The notes: a model not told the origin generated them from the sequence alone. Numbered from the stretch's first letter, positions 20,636 to 31,796 are shown. The stretch: 64,000 nt of DNA from Dictyostelium discoideum (GCA_000004695.1 CM000150.2:160001-224000), one strand, 5' to 3'. Numbers and translations are program-made.

Positions 20636-21191
20636 AAGATGATTTTTAAGGTAATTTTTAAGATAATTTTTAAGATATTTAAAAAATACCTTTAAAATTT
20701 ATTTTAAATTAATTTTAAATAGGATTTAAAGTAGATTTAAAGTATATTTAAAGTGAATTTAAATTTCCTTTAAGTATAAATTTAAGGTTTTTAATTAAAA
20801 AGATCCATTTTTAGATCAAAAAAATGGGGATAAAATATTCTACCATATTTAAATTTTCATCAAAGCAATCAAATGGTGTAATGGTTGATGAGACTATCCT
20901 TTGATAGAGGGTCGGGGGATCGAATCCCTTTTGGTAATTTTTGAGAAATTAAAAAAAAAAATTTTAAAAAATTTATCCGTTAAATAACGGCTTCGAACCC
21001 AGGACCTCGCTTTTAAAGCGATTAAAAAGGTAATTTTAAAGGTAATTTTAAAGGTAATTTTTAAGGTGATTTTAAAGTAACCTTAAAAATTACCTTTAAA
21101 ATTACCTTAAAAATTGCTTTAATTCAGGACTTTAAATTCGCTTTAAATTAAATTTAAATTTGCTTTAAAGGTGGTTTTTTCTTCGCTGTGT
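20636..21191. mobile_element. 5'-truncated copy of the same MITE-like element, ending in ...GGTGGTTTTTTCTTCGCTGTG.
   Basis: Collinear with 19700-20290 and contains the full 73-nt tRNA-like module. Confidence 0.6.
20865..20937 (+). ncRNA. tRNA-like pol III module (73 nt) carried inside the MITE. It has an A-box-like TGGTGTAATGG, a B-box/T-arm GGGGGATCGAATCCC, an Ile-type anticodon stem-loop (ATCCT TTGATAG AGGGT), and a T5 terminator right after it. The acceptor stem does not pair, so I read it as tRNA-derived, not a bona fide tRNA.
   Basis: Seen in the sequence. Copies lie at 19994-20031 (internally deleted) and 33018-33090 (minus strand, anticodon loop TTAATAG). Confidence 0.4.
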
Positions 21192-21897
21192 TAATGCCGA
21201 TTTTTTTCATTTTTTGTTTTGTTTCTAATTTTATTTTGAGGATTTGAAAAATCTTGTTTATTTGGTTTTGAATTGTGAAAGTCAATAATATCTTTTTGAT
21301 TTCTAAAATTTCCTTCTTTTAATAAATAATCGACACCTCTTGGTTTATCACATGTATGACATGAGAAATCATTGCAATTATAATGGTTAATCCTACAAGA
21401 TGATCTAAATTCTGTTATATGCATTGTTAATCCATATGGTATAATTTCATAATCATTTTCATTATTATCTTTAATTTTTAATTTATTATTAAATTGCGCT
21501 GAAAATAATTTTTTAATTGTTTGATGTATATTGTGAAACCATTCTTTTGGAACAATAAAAAAAACAATTTTATTATTTTTAAAAAATGGACCAACATAAT
21601 TTTCAAAATCTACCAATAATGTATAATCTGATCTACCTTGATGACTCATTCCTTCACTAAATATTCTTAATAAAATAAATTTATATAAAATTGAATTTTT
21701 TATTTTATTAAACTGTTCTCCAGATTTATAATTTTTATAAATACCTTGCTCATAGTCTTTTGAGAAATCTAAATATTCTAAAAAATTTTTTTTTTCAATT
21801 AATAATTTAACAACTGAATAAATTTCAAAATAAAAAATTGACTCTTCATTTGTAACTCAAAAAGTGACCATCGATAGGTAAATTTGCTAAAAATATA
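21192..21897 (-). pseudogene. Frameshifted fragment of the C2H2 zinc-finger ORF family (homologous to the C-terminal half of 35959..36984), lying between two facing CACTA-like termini.
   Basis: ORF 21191..21649(-), plus an upstream frame that reads ...SIFYFEIYSVVKLLIEKKNFLEYLDFSKDYEQGIYKNYKSGEQFNKIKN...LLRIFSEG. This aligns with ...SIFYFEIKKVLETLLNKKQFFERIDFDTDFETGIYTNYKSGQQFKDLKN...LLRIFTDS of the 36984 gene. Termini sit at 21182-21191 and 21898-21907. Confidence 0.5.
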
Positions 21898-22569
21898 GAA
21901 TCCATACACAGCGAAGAAAAAACCACCTTAAAAGCAAATTTAATCTAAAAAAAAAACAAAAAAAGTATTATTTTAGATTTCTTCAACTTCATCAATAATA
22001 TCAATGCTTTCAAAACCAATCACCAGTTCTTTTAAAATAAATTGATACTACAATTAAATAATAGCTGGTAAGTTAATATAATTTTTTTTTAAAAAAAAAA
22101 AAAATTAAAAAAAAAAAAAAAATAAATAATAATAATAAAATAAAATAGATAGACTAATTTGAAAAATAATAATTATATTTTAGGTTACCTTTCTTATTAT
22201 ACCAACAACCACTTCTTTTCAATCAAATTGATACTTCACTTATATAATAACTGGTAAGTCAATATAATTTTTTTTTTTTAAAAAAAAAATAATAATATAA
22301 AATAAAGAGATTAATATAATTTAAACAATTATATTTTAGGTTGTTTCTTCTTTTATTAGAACCTGTAAAGTAAATGCTTTTGGTACAAATTATAATGGAA
22401 ATAAAGTTCTGCTTTTCAAATTAGTCAATTATAAATGTTGTATTACCATTAAATAAAAAAAATTTCTGATTTCAAATACTTTTACTTTTTAATTAATTCT
22501 TTTTTTTTTTTTTTTTTTTTTAAATTTATTTTAAATTATTATTATAAAATGTTATTTTTAATTTTTATT

Positions 22570-22870
22570 TTTAAGTATTCTTATTAAGTGAACTTTATAA
22601 TTACCCTTAATAATTACCCTTATTAATTATAATTAATAATTCCACTTAATAGTTATACTTAATAATTATACTTAATAATTTTAATTATTAATTATATTTT
22701 ATTATTATACTTAATAATTATGCTTAATAAATATACTTTTTAATTATACTTAATAAATATACTTAATAAATATACTTTTTAATTATACTTATTAATTATA
22801 CTTAATAAATATACTTAATAATTATACTTAATAATTATACTTAATAAATATACTTATTAAGTATACTTAA
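22570..22870. repeat. AT-rich minisatellite with units of about 13-15 bp (tatacttaataa[at]tat).
   Basis: Direct tandem repetition seen in the sequence. Confidence 0.7.
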
Positions 22871-22904
22871 TAATAGTACTATTTACGTTCCTACTTTAAA
22901 GATG

Positions 22905-24155
22905 CTTTTAAGTATTTTTTTTCGCCCCTGTGGAGATTAACACCCTCATTTAGGGGATGTCTTGACCAGAACACAGGTTATCCCCTTATTTTTTCTTTTA
23001 ATTCAATGGAGGAATGTCATGCCATGTAAACCTTTTGATTTTGGTAACAGGACAAAACGCACTGCAGCGGTCGATAAAGCCAAGCGAGTTGCTAATCCAA
23101 TTCGTCGTACTCAGTTACTGAAGAAGATTCGTTAATGACTGATCGGAAAGTCAGCATCGCTAGAATGGTAGATTGTCGTTGAGATGCAGGGCGTAAAGCC
23201 CAGCTATTGGCAAAGATGTAAGCGGCTTAAGAGCCCCTAATTAGTATCCGCGGTCACGGCCGCACATCCTAGCCTATGGGCTCACACCAATGCGTAATAT
23301 GGTAGCAAAAATCATGTCAGATGAAGACATCCCAGATCATGATACCCGTACATGGTATTGTCTCCAGTATCCAATAACCTCAATCTGCCATCAAACCAAA
23401 TTATAATATTTAAAAAAAAAAATTTGAATCTCAAAAATCATTTTCTAGATCTGAAAAAACCCACTTAAATTATTATTAAATTACTATTTTTTTTAATAAT
23501 TTAGTAAATAGATATTTTAAGTCATAAATTAAGCGATAAAATCTATTTTTTTGGTTAACCAGCATAGTCTAGGTGTTTATCTATTTAATATGTTTTTTGT
23601 GGATAATAAAGCATATTTCAATCACTAATGATATTTATTAAATTTATTAAATTTGTTTATTTTTTTTTTCCGTGATGGAAAATGGTAAGACCATTAGTTC
23701 GTTCTGCATTGCCCATTACATCACCACTTCTTACATGTCAGCGTCTGGTGAAGTTACGCTGGGTGATGCAGCCGATAAAGAGACACAGTTCGCTATTAAC
23801 TCGACTGGATCGATTAATATGTAAGCGCCACGTTTTGTTCTGAAGGGTATTCGGGATGAGAGAACACCTGTTTTTGAATGCTCATGAATTATCCAGCATA
23901 GTATGTGGAATTCTATAGACCCTATTACCAGAAATACGACCACGGAAGATCTTGGTTCGCAACGCGTTTGCTGAAGTGGTTCACACACAACTATCCAACA
24001 GCGGTGATTGATGTGGTTAAGTCCGTGGCCCTGGTTCTTGTTAAACATCGCGATTTGATTGGTAACCCATCATTCATTGACACAGAGTGGTTTTTGGATG
24101 GTGAGTGTTTGCGTCATCTTAATAACGCACTGGTCATGGAAAACGAACCGGTTTA
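22905..24155. other. Second GC-rich bacterial or phage-like segment (with a short AT-rich stretch at about 23400-23680), ending exactly at the outer terminus of the DIRS-1 copy C ITR.
   Basis: About 47% GC with enterobacterial-style codons. A small ORF at 23027..23143 (+) reads MPCKPFDFGNRTKRTAAVDKAKRVANPIRRTQLLKKIR, and ORF 23905..24189 (+) reads ...ATRLLKWFTHNYPTAVIDVVKSVALVLVKHRDLIGNPSFIDTEWFLDGECLRHLNNALVMENEPVY. I cannot name the protein family. Confidence 0.5.
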
Positions 24156-24607
24156 TTTATATTATCATATATATATATATATATTATGAATAACATTTAT
24201 TTATTTGAATTTCCCAAATATTTAAGATAATTTTTTAGAATGTTCTAGAACATTCGAAGAATAAAAAAAATTTTCCAAAGAAAAGTAAAAATTTCGACCC
24301 GGCACAATGATGCGATAATTGTGCAAGGTCGAAAAACTGAAAAATTCGGAACCGACACTATGTACAAAGTTGTGAAGGGTCGAAAACTCTTATTTTTTTG
24401 AGTTTTGCGAAATTTTTAAGAAAATAAAAACGTATAAATAGTGGCACTAAAAACTAAAACAATTTGATTTATTTTATTTGGGAATTCCTCCTATATATAT
24501 TTAAGATACACACACACACAAATTTTATACAAATATTTATTTCTCTTTATTAATTTTTTATATTATTATTTTTCTCATATTATAATTTTAGATATCAACA
24601 ATAAAAT
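24156..24607 (+). repeat. DIRS-1 left ITR (copy C).
   Basis: Matches the other two ITR copies, with the ORF ATG at 24608. Confidence 0.8.
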
Positions 24608-26469
24608 ATGTCTACCACTGTTAATAATAATGATGCCTCTAGTAGTAGTGCCTCTGCCTCTAATAGCGCTGAATCCTTTGATTTAAGAATAAAATCAATG
24701 GAGGATCAAATCAACAACCTTTCTTTAGCCTTTACAAGATTCATGAAAGAACCTATTTTCTCATCTAATTCCAATTCACGTAGCCAACCTTCTCATGATA
24801 ACTCTGACACCGAGAATGAACAAAGTGAAGATGAATCAAGTAACAATGTCGATGTTCCAACCGATTATCAATTATCCGATACCTTACTTGGTCAGTACAA
24901 ACATATGGTAAACAATCAAGGTTTACTCGTCGAAGGAATCAAGAATCTACCATCAATGGTCAAACAAGGTTATTACATGGTAAAACTCGATATCAAGAAA
25001 GCCTACCTCCACGTTTTAGTAGATCCGCAATACAGAGACTTATTCCGCTTCGTGTGGAAAGGTTCGCACTACCGTTGGAAAACAATGCCGTTGGGGTTAT
25101 CGACAGCTCATGGTATCTTTACAATGTTGTTAAGACCTGTACTTGGAATGTTGAGAGATATCAACGTATCCGTCATCGCTTACTTGGACGATCTATTAAT
25201 CGTCGGTTCAACAAAAGAAGAATGTTTATCCAACCTCAAAAAGACGATGGACTTACTTATCAAACTAGGTTTCAAGTTAAATCTAGAAAAGAGTGTTCTC
25301 GAACCAACTCAATCAATTACGTTTCTCGGATTACAAATCGATTCAAAATCAATGAAGCTTCTTGTTCCCAAAGAAAAGAAGAAAAGTGTCATCAAGGAAA
25401 TAAGAAACTTTTTAAAACTAGATTGTTGCTCCCCAAGAAAGCTTGCTGGTTTAAAAGGAAAGCTAATTGCACTGAAAGATGCAGTTATCCCATTCAGACT
25501 TTACACTCGTAGAACAAACAAGTTTCACTCTCAGTGTCTGACTCTAGCCAATGGAGATTGGGATCAATCATTCCCCATTCCTCAAGAGGTCAAGTCAGAG
25601 ATTTCACATTGGTTAACAGTTCTAAACCAATGGAATGGAAAAGAAATCAGTCTGTTTCCAAGTTACGACTATGTTCTTACAACCGATGCCTCGGAATCAG
25701 GTGCAGGTGCCACTCTCAAGAAAGGAAACAAGGTAATCAAAACTTGGTCATTCCAGTGGTCAACAACTCAATCAAACATGTCGTCAAATCGTCGAGAAAT
25801 GCTCGCGCTGCTAATGGCCTATCAAGCGCTATGTCAGAAACTGAACAACTGCAAGCTGAAGATTCAAACCGACAACACTACCACTCTCTCTTACATCAAT
25901 CGCCAGGGTGGTCAGATACAGGATCTCTCAGTTCTGTTCGAACAACTTTGGAAACAATGCCTCAAGAAGAAAGTGAACTTGATTGGAGAGCATATTCCAG
26001 GATTCTTCAATGTAAAAGCCGACCACCTCAGTCGTCTTTCAGAGATGAATCACAAATCATCGTCCAGAGTAATCAAGAGTTACAACTGGCAACTGAAGAA
26101 GGAAGTGTTCAATCGCATCCAACTTCAATTCGGTCAAATACAGATGGATCTGTTCGCATCTCACTTCAACCATCAAACGAACAACTACTCAACAATCAGA
26201 ATGAATGCACTCCACCTCGATTGGAGTCAATGGAAGCAATGTCTGGCCTTTCCACCACCCATTCTTTTGCCTTCTATCCTGGAGAAGATGAACTCATCCA
26301 GTTCGAAGAAGGTTTCTATAATACTGATCTTCCCAATCTGGAGATCAGCAACTTGGTATCCGATGATTCAAGCTCAAGTTCCTCGTCATCATCGTCACAT
26401 GTTTCCTCAAGTACTGGGAACATTCCAAGAAGTATTGACCAAACAATCAGTAGAGTCGATACCAATCCA
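24608..26469 (+). CDS. DIRS-1 ORF with an in-frame internal deletion that fuses the ORF1 N-terminus (about 105 aa) to RT (YLDD), RNase H (TDAS...E...D) and downstream domains. It runs into the assembly gap.
   Basis: 620 aa are readable: MSTTVNNN...HMVNNQGLLVE|GIKNLPSMVKQGYY...IAYLDDLLIVG...VLTTDASESGAGA...IQTDNTTTLSYINRQGG...ADHLSR. Copy B carries another 45 aa of ORF1 after LLVE. Confidence 0.75.
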
Positions 26470-26569
26470 NNNNNNNNNNNNNNNNNNNNNNNNNNNNNNN
26501 NNNNNNNNNNNNNNNNNNNNNNNNNNNNNNNNNNNNNNNNNNNNNNNNNNNNNNNNNNNNNNNNNNNNN
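26470..26569. other. Assembly gap (100 N).
   Basis: N run between DIRS-1 copy C (+) and Skipper pol copy 3 (-). Confidence 0.99.
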
Positions 26570-29218
26570 TAATAGCCATTGAGAATTGATTTGTTCTTCC
26601 TTAATTTTATTTAAAAACGATTCATCCCATTGGAAATTATCATATTTACGAGATAAGAAATCAGCTATACCATTCTTTTTACCACTTATATGTCTTAATT
26701 CATAATCAAATTCTTTAATATATTTCATATAATTATCTTGTCTCTTTGTGAACGGTTTATCGTTTGACTTATTGATAATATATGTAAGATTTTGGTGATC
26801 AGTGTAGATTGAAACCTTTTTACCAATTAATAAATGTTGAAACTTCTTTAGAGAATCAATGATTGAAAGGAACTCTCTATCACCTATGCTGTACCTCTTT
26901 TGAGTATCAGTAAGTTTTCTACTATGAAACCAAATGACTTTGAATTTATTACCTTGAATTTGATATAATACACCTGATAATGCTTTATCACTAACATCAC
27001 AATACAAGTGAAAACTACCATTGTTTAGATTATTATTATCTGAATGGATTGGCATGTCTGTTGATGCTTTAACCTTTTCGATATCTATTGGTATGGAGTT
27101 ATCTTGTTCAATTGGAATAGCGACAATATTTTCACCTTCAAACTCTTTCTTTAGATTATTGAATTCTTTGAGTGATTCATCAGAAAGTGTTTTCTTGTTT
27201 TTTCCTTTTGATTCTTTGGAAAGGTGATAGGTTTTTTCAGCGTAATTTTCAATGTGTCTCCTGAAGAATCCAAAAAGACCTAATGCAGCTTCAGCTTCTT
27301 TGGCGTTTCTTGGTTCAGGTAACTCAGAGATAGCTCTAACCTTTGCAGCTCTTGGAGATATACCATCTTTATGAATGTGGAAACCAAGGAAATCTACTTC
27401 AGTCTTTAACATTTCACTCTTTTCTCTTGAAATGAATAATAGGTACTTTCTACAATATAGAAGCATTCTAATGATTTCAATGAAATGTACCATGTAGTCG
27501 AGTTTTGAATGAACCAAAAGATCATCAAAGTATTGTAATAAACTTTTGATTTTTCCAAATATTTCGACCATCAATCTGGCGAATGTGGATGGAGAGTTGA
27601 CTAAACCTTGTGGCATTCTAGTATATTCAAATTTACCAATATGTGTAATGAAAGCGGTGTACTTTGCGTGTTCTGGATTAATTAACACTTGGAAATAACC
27701 CATAATCATGTCAAACTTTGAGAAAAGCTTTGAATCTTTACATTGATTTAAAAGACTATCAACCGGAGTGAATGGATGATCGTCTCTAACAGTGACTTTA
27801 TTTAGTTGACGATAGTCGTGGACTACACGCCATGAATCTCTCTTCTTTAATAACATGATTGGAGATGAGTAATTTGATTCTGATCTTTTGATAATACCTA
27901 AATCTATAAATTTGAGAACCATTTCTTCGACATGTCTCTTATGATCATCTGTTGAATAATAGATTTGTTTCTTTGTTGGTTCAACATCTTGATCTTTCTT
28001 TAATATGATATTATGTATGATATTACCTCTTCTGGAATTGTTAATCTGATCTGGAATATCAGGAAGTTTATCTACTATAACATCTTCGAATGAATCATTA
28101 ATGAAATCACGTACTGCTTGTATCTCTTCTTCTTCTGGATTAGTTTTAACCAGTATATCACAAAGTTGTGATGGGATGCTTTCAACAAACTTTGTAACTT
28201 GTTCTTTGATATCTTCATCATCATCTAGTAGATTATGTGACTGTGACTGATTATCATTGGATACGGTAACATGTTTTCTTGGAGCTTTTACATTACAATG
28301 TAATTGATTCGACTGTTGATAATTAATTTTGTATGTACTGTTATTCAACTTGATTATTTTATCTTTTTGGTTAATGATAGAGTCCTTAAGGATATCATTA
28401 CCGAAAAGTACATCAATGATATCCAATTCTATAATAAAGAAGTTATGAATTTCATTGTTAACTTGTATATTGATTTGTTCAACAAACTCTTCTTTGACGT
28501 CTAGTAGCGGGAAGTTAATCTTGGCTTTCGTTTTGTGAACGTGGTTCTTCATATCTTTTGAAATCAACCTCTTATTGATTAAACTAACATTACTTCCAGT
28601 ATCGAGAATTAATTTGAATTGTTTTTCTTTGGAATGAGAGTTAATTATAATCTTGGGTTTATCCATGTTTTCTCTGTTTGGAACGATTAAACATTTGAGA
28701 GTCGGAATGAGAGCAGTATCACTTGTACCAGTACTATGTAATAATGAGATGATTGGTTTGTTTGTTTCTTTATCGAATTTAATTGTGTAAAGCAATTCAT
28801 CTTCTTCATCGTTAATTAATTCTTTACTAGAATTCAATATCTTTGGACGATTGAATATGTTTACAGTATAGTTTTTATCTTGAACATTTGTTAACTCTGT
28901 TGGAGTATTAAATTCAATCTTCTGTGGTTTATACTTCATCTCTGATTCAACAGCTTTTGGAATTGGAACGGTTGTATCAGGAACTAGTTTTATACCATAT
29001 GAGTCTTTGACGTATTCTTTAAGTTTGTTGATGTTTTTATGAACATCATGTTGCTGGCTTTGTTGATGTAACTGTTTAACAATGTTTTGATTATAAAAAG
29101 AGTTAAGAGTATAAAGTGAATCTTTGTTCACTGGGTAATCATTATCCTCAAGGTGATGATATTGTGAAATTTTATAATTTTTATTTAAAATCTTTGACTT
29201 GGACTCATCACCTTCATC
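26570..29218 (-). CDS. pol: Skipper pol, copy 3, 3'-truncated at the assembly gap (PR-RT-RH and part of IN are present).
   Basis: The first 860 aa are identical to copy 1. Confidence 0.8.
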
Positions 29219-29221
29219 GAG

Positions 29222-30385
29222 TCATTGTTGCTTTTTGGCTGATGGACCTGGATTGGCTTTGGCATCGACCGGATCAATTCTACATGTAGATGTGGAGTGA
29301 TTTGATTTACCACAATTGAGACAGTAGCCTTTGCTCTGACGGTAAACGATGAAACTGCTTCTTATCTTTTTGAGGTCTACCTTAGAGTCTTTTCTTATTT
29401 CAGGTAATATTGCAGCTCTAATCTTATCAGCTTGTGCATCAAAGGAATTCCTGTTATGAGAGTTATGATTTGGAGTAGCATGATTCTTTTTTAATGGAAA
29501 CTTCTCATCATTATTCGATGCGGAATCGGAAGGTCTTCTTCTCGAGAACTTATCAGCATTGTTAAGAACCAACTCGGTGATGGCTTCACGACACTCGGTG
29601 ATATCGGTTTGAGTGTTGAGTTTGATTGCAACATCAGTTTGTAACCAGTCTGGTACGACCATCTTTAACAAAGCAAGGATATTATTATCTAAAATTGATC
29701 TTAGATACTCTAATTGAACTTCAGCAGTACCATGGATTAGATACACCGGATTAATTACATTGTGGTAACTCATAATGGCTTCGATGTTTTTTATAACATC
29801 TTGGGCTGAGTAGCAGTTACGATGGTTAATAGCTTCGACTACTTTAGTGTTGGCAGCTTCGTAGTCAGTTTTGAATGGAACCAAAGTCTTGGATCTAAAG
29901 TTACGGTGTATTAGCTTCTTCAATGTTTCACCTTCAATTTTATCGTTGTTCTTAACTGATTCATTGTGGGTAGGTTGAAGCAATTGAAATAATTCATTTG
30001 ATGCAGCACCATTGTCCATAATGGTCTTCAAGGTTGGTTCAACACCATTCTGGGAGCAGTGGATGGTAAAGAGATTCATGAAGATGACAGCAGTGGCAGC
30101 ATTTTTTAAAGCGTCAATGGTTTTAGCTTCAATGGAATTGGTCTTTGATTTCTTTGGCACTTTCTCTCTGACTTCGACGTCGGATACATCAGTGCTTTCA
30201 GTTGAATAAATTTCATCATCGACTTCAGTGGGACGAAGAGTCTTTTTTGATTTTACTTGAACAGTAATAGCATCATCGGAGGCGGTTGTCACTTCAGTGG
30301 CACGTTTGGCGGTGGAAGACACTTTGGCTTTACGGATGGCTTTCTTTGAAGGAGTAGTAGTTGATGACATGACTTTCACCAACAA
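29222..30385 (-). CDS. gag: Skipper gag, copy 3.
   Basis: 387 aa, about 98% identical to copy 1, with CCHC present. Confidence 0.8.
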   Translation of the reverse strand: MLVKVMSSTTTPSKKAIRKAKVSSTAKRATEVTTASDDAITVQVKSKKTLRPTEVDDEIYSTESTDVSDVEVREKVPKKSKTNSIEAKTIDALKNAATAVIFMNLFTIHCSQNGVEPTLKTIMDNGAASNELFQLLQPTHNESVKNNDKIEGETLKKLIHRNFRSKTLVPFKTDYEAANTKVVEAINHRNCYSAQDVIKNIEAIMSYHNVINPVYLIHGTAEVQLEYLRSILDNNILALLKMVVPDWLQTDVAIKLNTQTDITECREAITELVLNNADKFSRRRPSDSASNNDEKFPLKKNHATPNHNSHNRNSFDAQADKIRAAILPEIRKDSKVDLKKIRSSFIVYRQSKGYCLNCGKSNHSTSTCRIDPVDAKANPGPSAKKQQ

Positions 30386-31197
30386 TTATATATAAAATTT
30401 ATTAAATATAATTTAATTTTATAATTTAATTTTATAATTTAAATTATATAATTTAATTATATAATTTAATTTAATTTATTTAATTTAATTTAATTTAATT
30501 TTTAATTGAATAATTAAATATAAGTATTAATATATGTTAACTGTTATTCCACTAATATATTTTTTTTGTGGTGTCTTTATATTATTTAATTGATAATAAA
30601 TATTATCTTAAATTATTTTAATTATAACAATGGCATCAATATAACTGTTATTCCACTAATAATTTATATTGTGGTGTCTTTATTTAACTGTTATTCCACT
30701 AATAATTTATATTGTGGTGTCTTTGTTTAACTGTTATTCCACTAATAATTTATATTGTGGTGTCTTTGTTTAACTGTTATTCCACTAATAATTTATATTG
30801 TGGTGTCTTTGTTTAACTGTTATTCCACTAATAATTTATATTGTGGTGTCTTTGTTTAACTGTTATTCCACTAATAATTTATATTGTGGTGTCTTTGTAT
30901 TTGAGCATTATTATTAAATTAATTGATACAATCTTGTTTTATATTACTTTATAAAAGATGCATGTTTACAATGTGAGTAGGAAGTGTCGTTGTACCGCCT
31001 AAGCAGTACAGCGTTAATCTTGCAAACAGAAGGGCCATTGTAATGCATTTTTATTTTGTTTTAAATACTACTGTTATTCCTCTAATCTGAAGAGTCGACT
31101 TCTTCATCATGAGGTGTCATTGTATACGAAATATAAGGATTGTATCTAATTATTTGTTTTAATGTATTTGTTTTATGTTAAAATTAGAAAAAAAAAG
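30386..31197 (-). repeat. Skipper 5' leader of copy 3, with about 6 units of the 43-bp tandem repeat (30645-30895).
   Basis: Collinear with 8389-9114 but with more repeat units. Confidence 0.7.
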
Positions 31198-31517
31198 TGT
31201 AAAAGTCACTCACACTAATCTTCAATCCATTGTCACATTTGTTCAATCTTAAATCAAACAGTCCAATATAAAAGAGATAATTAAAAGTAAGGGCGTTATG
31301 AAACTAANCCGAAAATCAGAATTTTTATTATTTTTTTTAAATTTTAATTTAATTTAATTTTTTTTAATTTAATTTTTTATTTTTTTGACTGAAAAAATAA
31401 AAAATTAAAAAATAAAAATAAAAATTAAATGAAATATTTTTACATGGAGATGCGCGAATTTGTTACGTTGTTGAGCTCATACTAACTTTAAATTAATTTA
31501 GTTTTGAGTCTCTAACA
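31198..31517 (-). repeat. Skipper 5' LTR of copy 3 (320 bp; internal deletion of about 70 bp; one N at 31308).
   Basis: Termini TGTAAAAG...CTCTAACA, followed directly by TTAAA and then CACTA-like subterminal repeats (no PPT), so this is the outer 5' end of the array. Confidence 0.75.
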
Positions 31518-31680
31518 TTAAAGGTGGTTTTAAAGGTGATTTTAAAGGTGATTTTAAAGGTCATTTAAAAAATTGCTTTTAAATTAATTTTTAAGTGACT
31601 TTTTTATAGGACTTTAAATCCACTTTTAATTTAATTTAAAGTTGCTTTAAAGGTGTAATTTTCATCGCTGTGTATTAATA
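31518..31680. repeat. Right-hand subterminal repeats and terminus (...GTGTAATTTTCATCGCTGTG) of the CACTA-like element. The 5-bp TTAAA at 31518-31522 duplicates the one at 2503-2507.
   Basis: The repeat phase continues from 2507 across the Skipper array. The terminus resembles the MITE termini. Confidence 0.55.
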
Positions 31681-31796
31681 ATGCTACAAAAATAAATAAA
31701 AAAAATTTAAAAATTATTTTAAAACTATAGTATTAAATAAAATTTTATGTGAACAATAAAATACACAGATATATTATTTTTTAATAATAAAATTTA

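Noticed and set aside
20865-20937. The 73-nt module as a genuine tRNA-Ile gene.
   Set aside because: Positions 1-7 and 66-72 cannot form an acceptor stem, and one copy (19994-20031) has an internal deletion. I call it tRNA-derived pol III module only.
25054-26589. ORFs 25054..25512 and 25534..26589, overlapping the DIRS-1 ORF in other frames.
   Set aside because: The second might correspond to the N-terminal part of the overlapping DIRS-1 recombinase ORF, but I see no R-H-R-Y catalytic signature before the gap. The first is an off-frame artefact. I left both uncalled.
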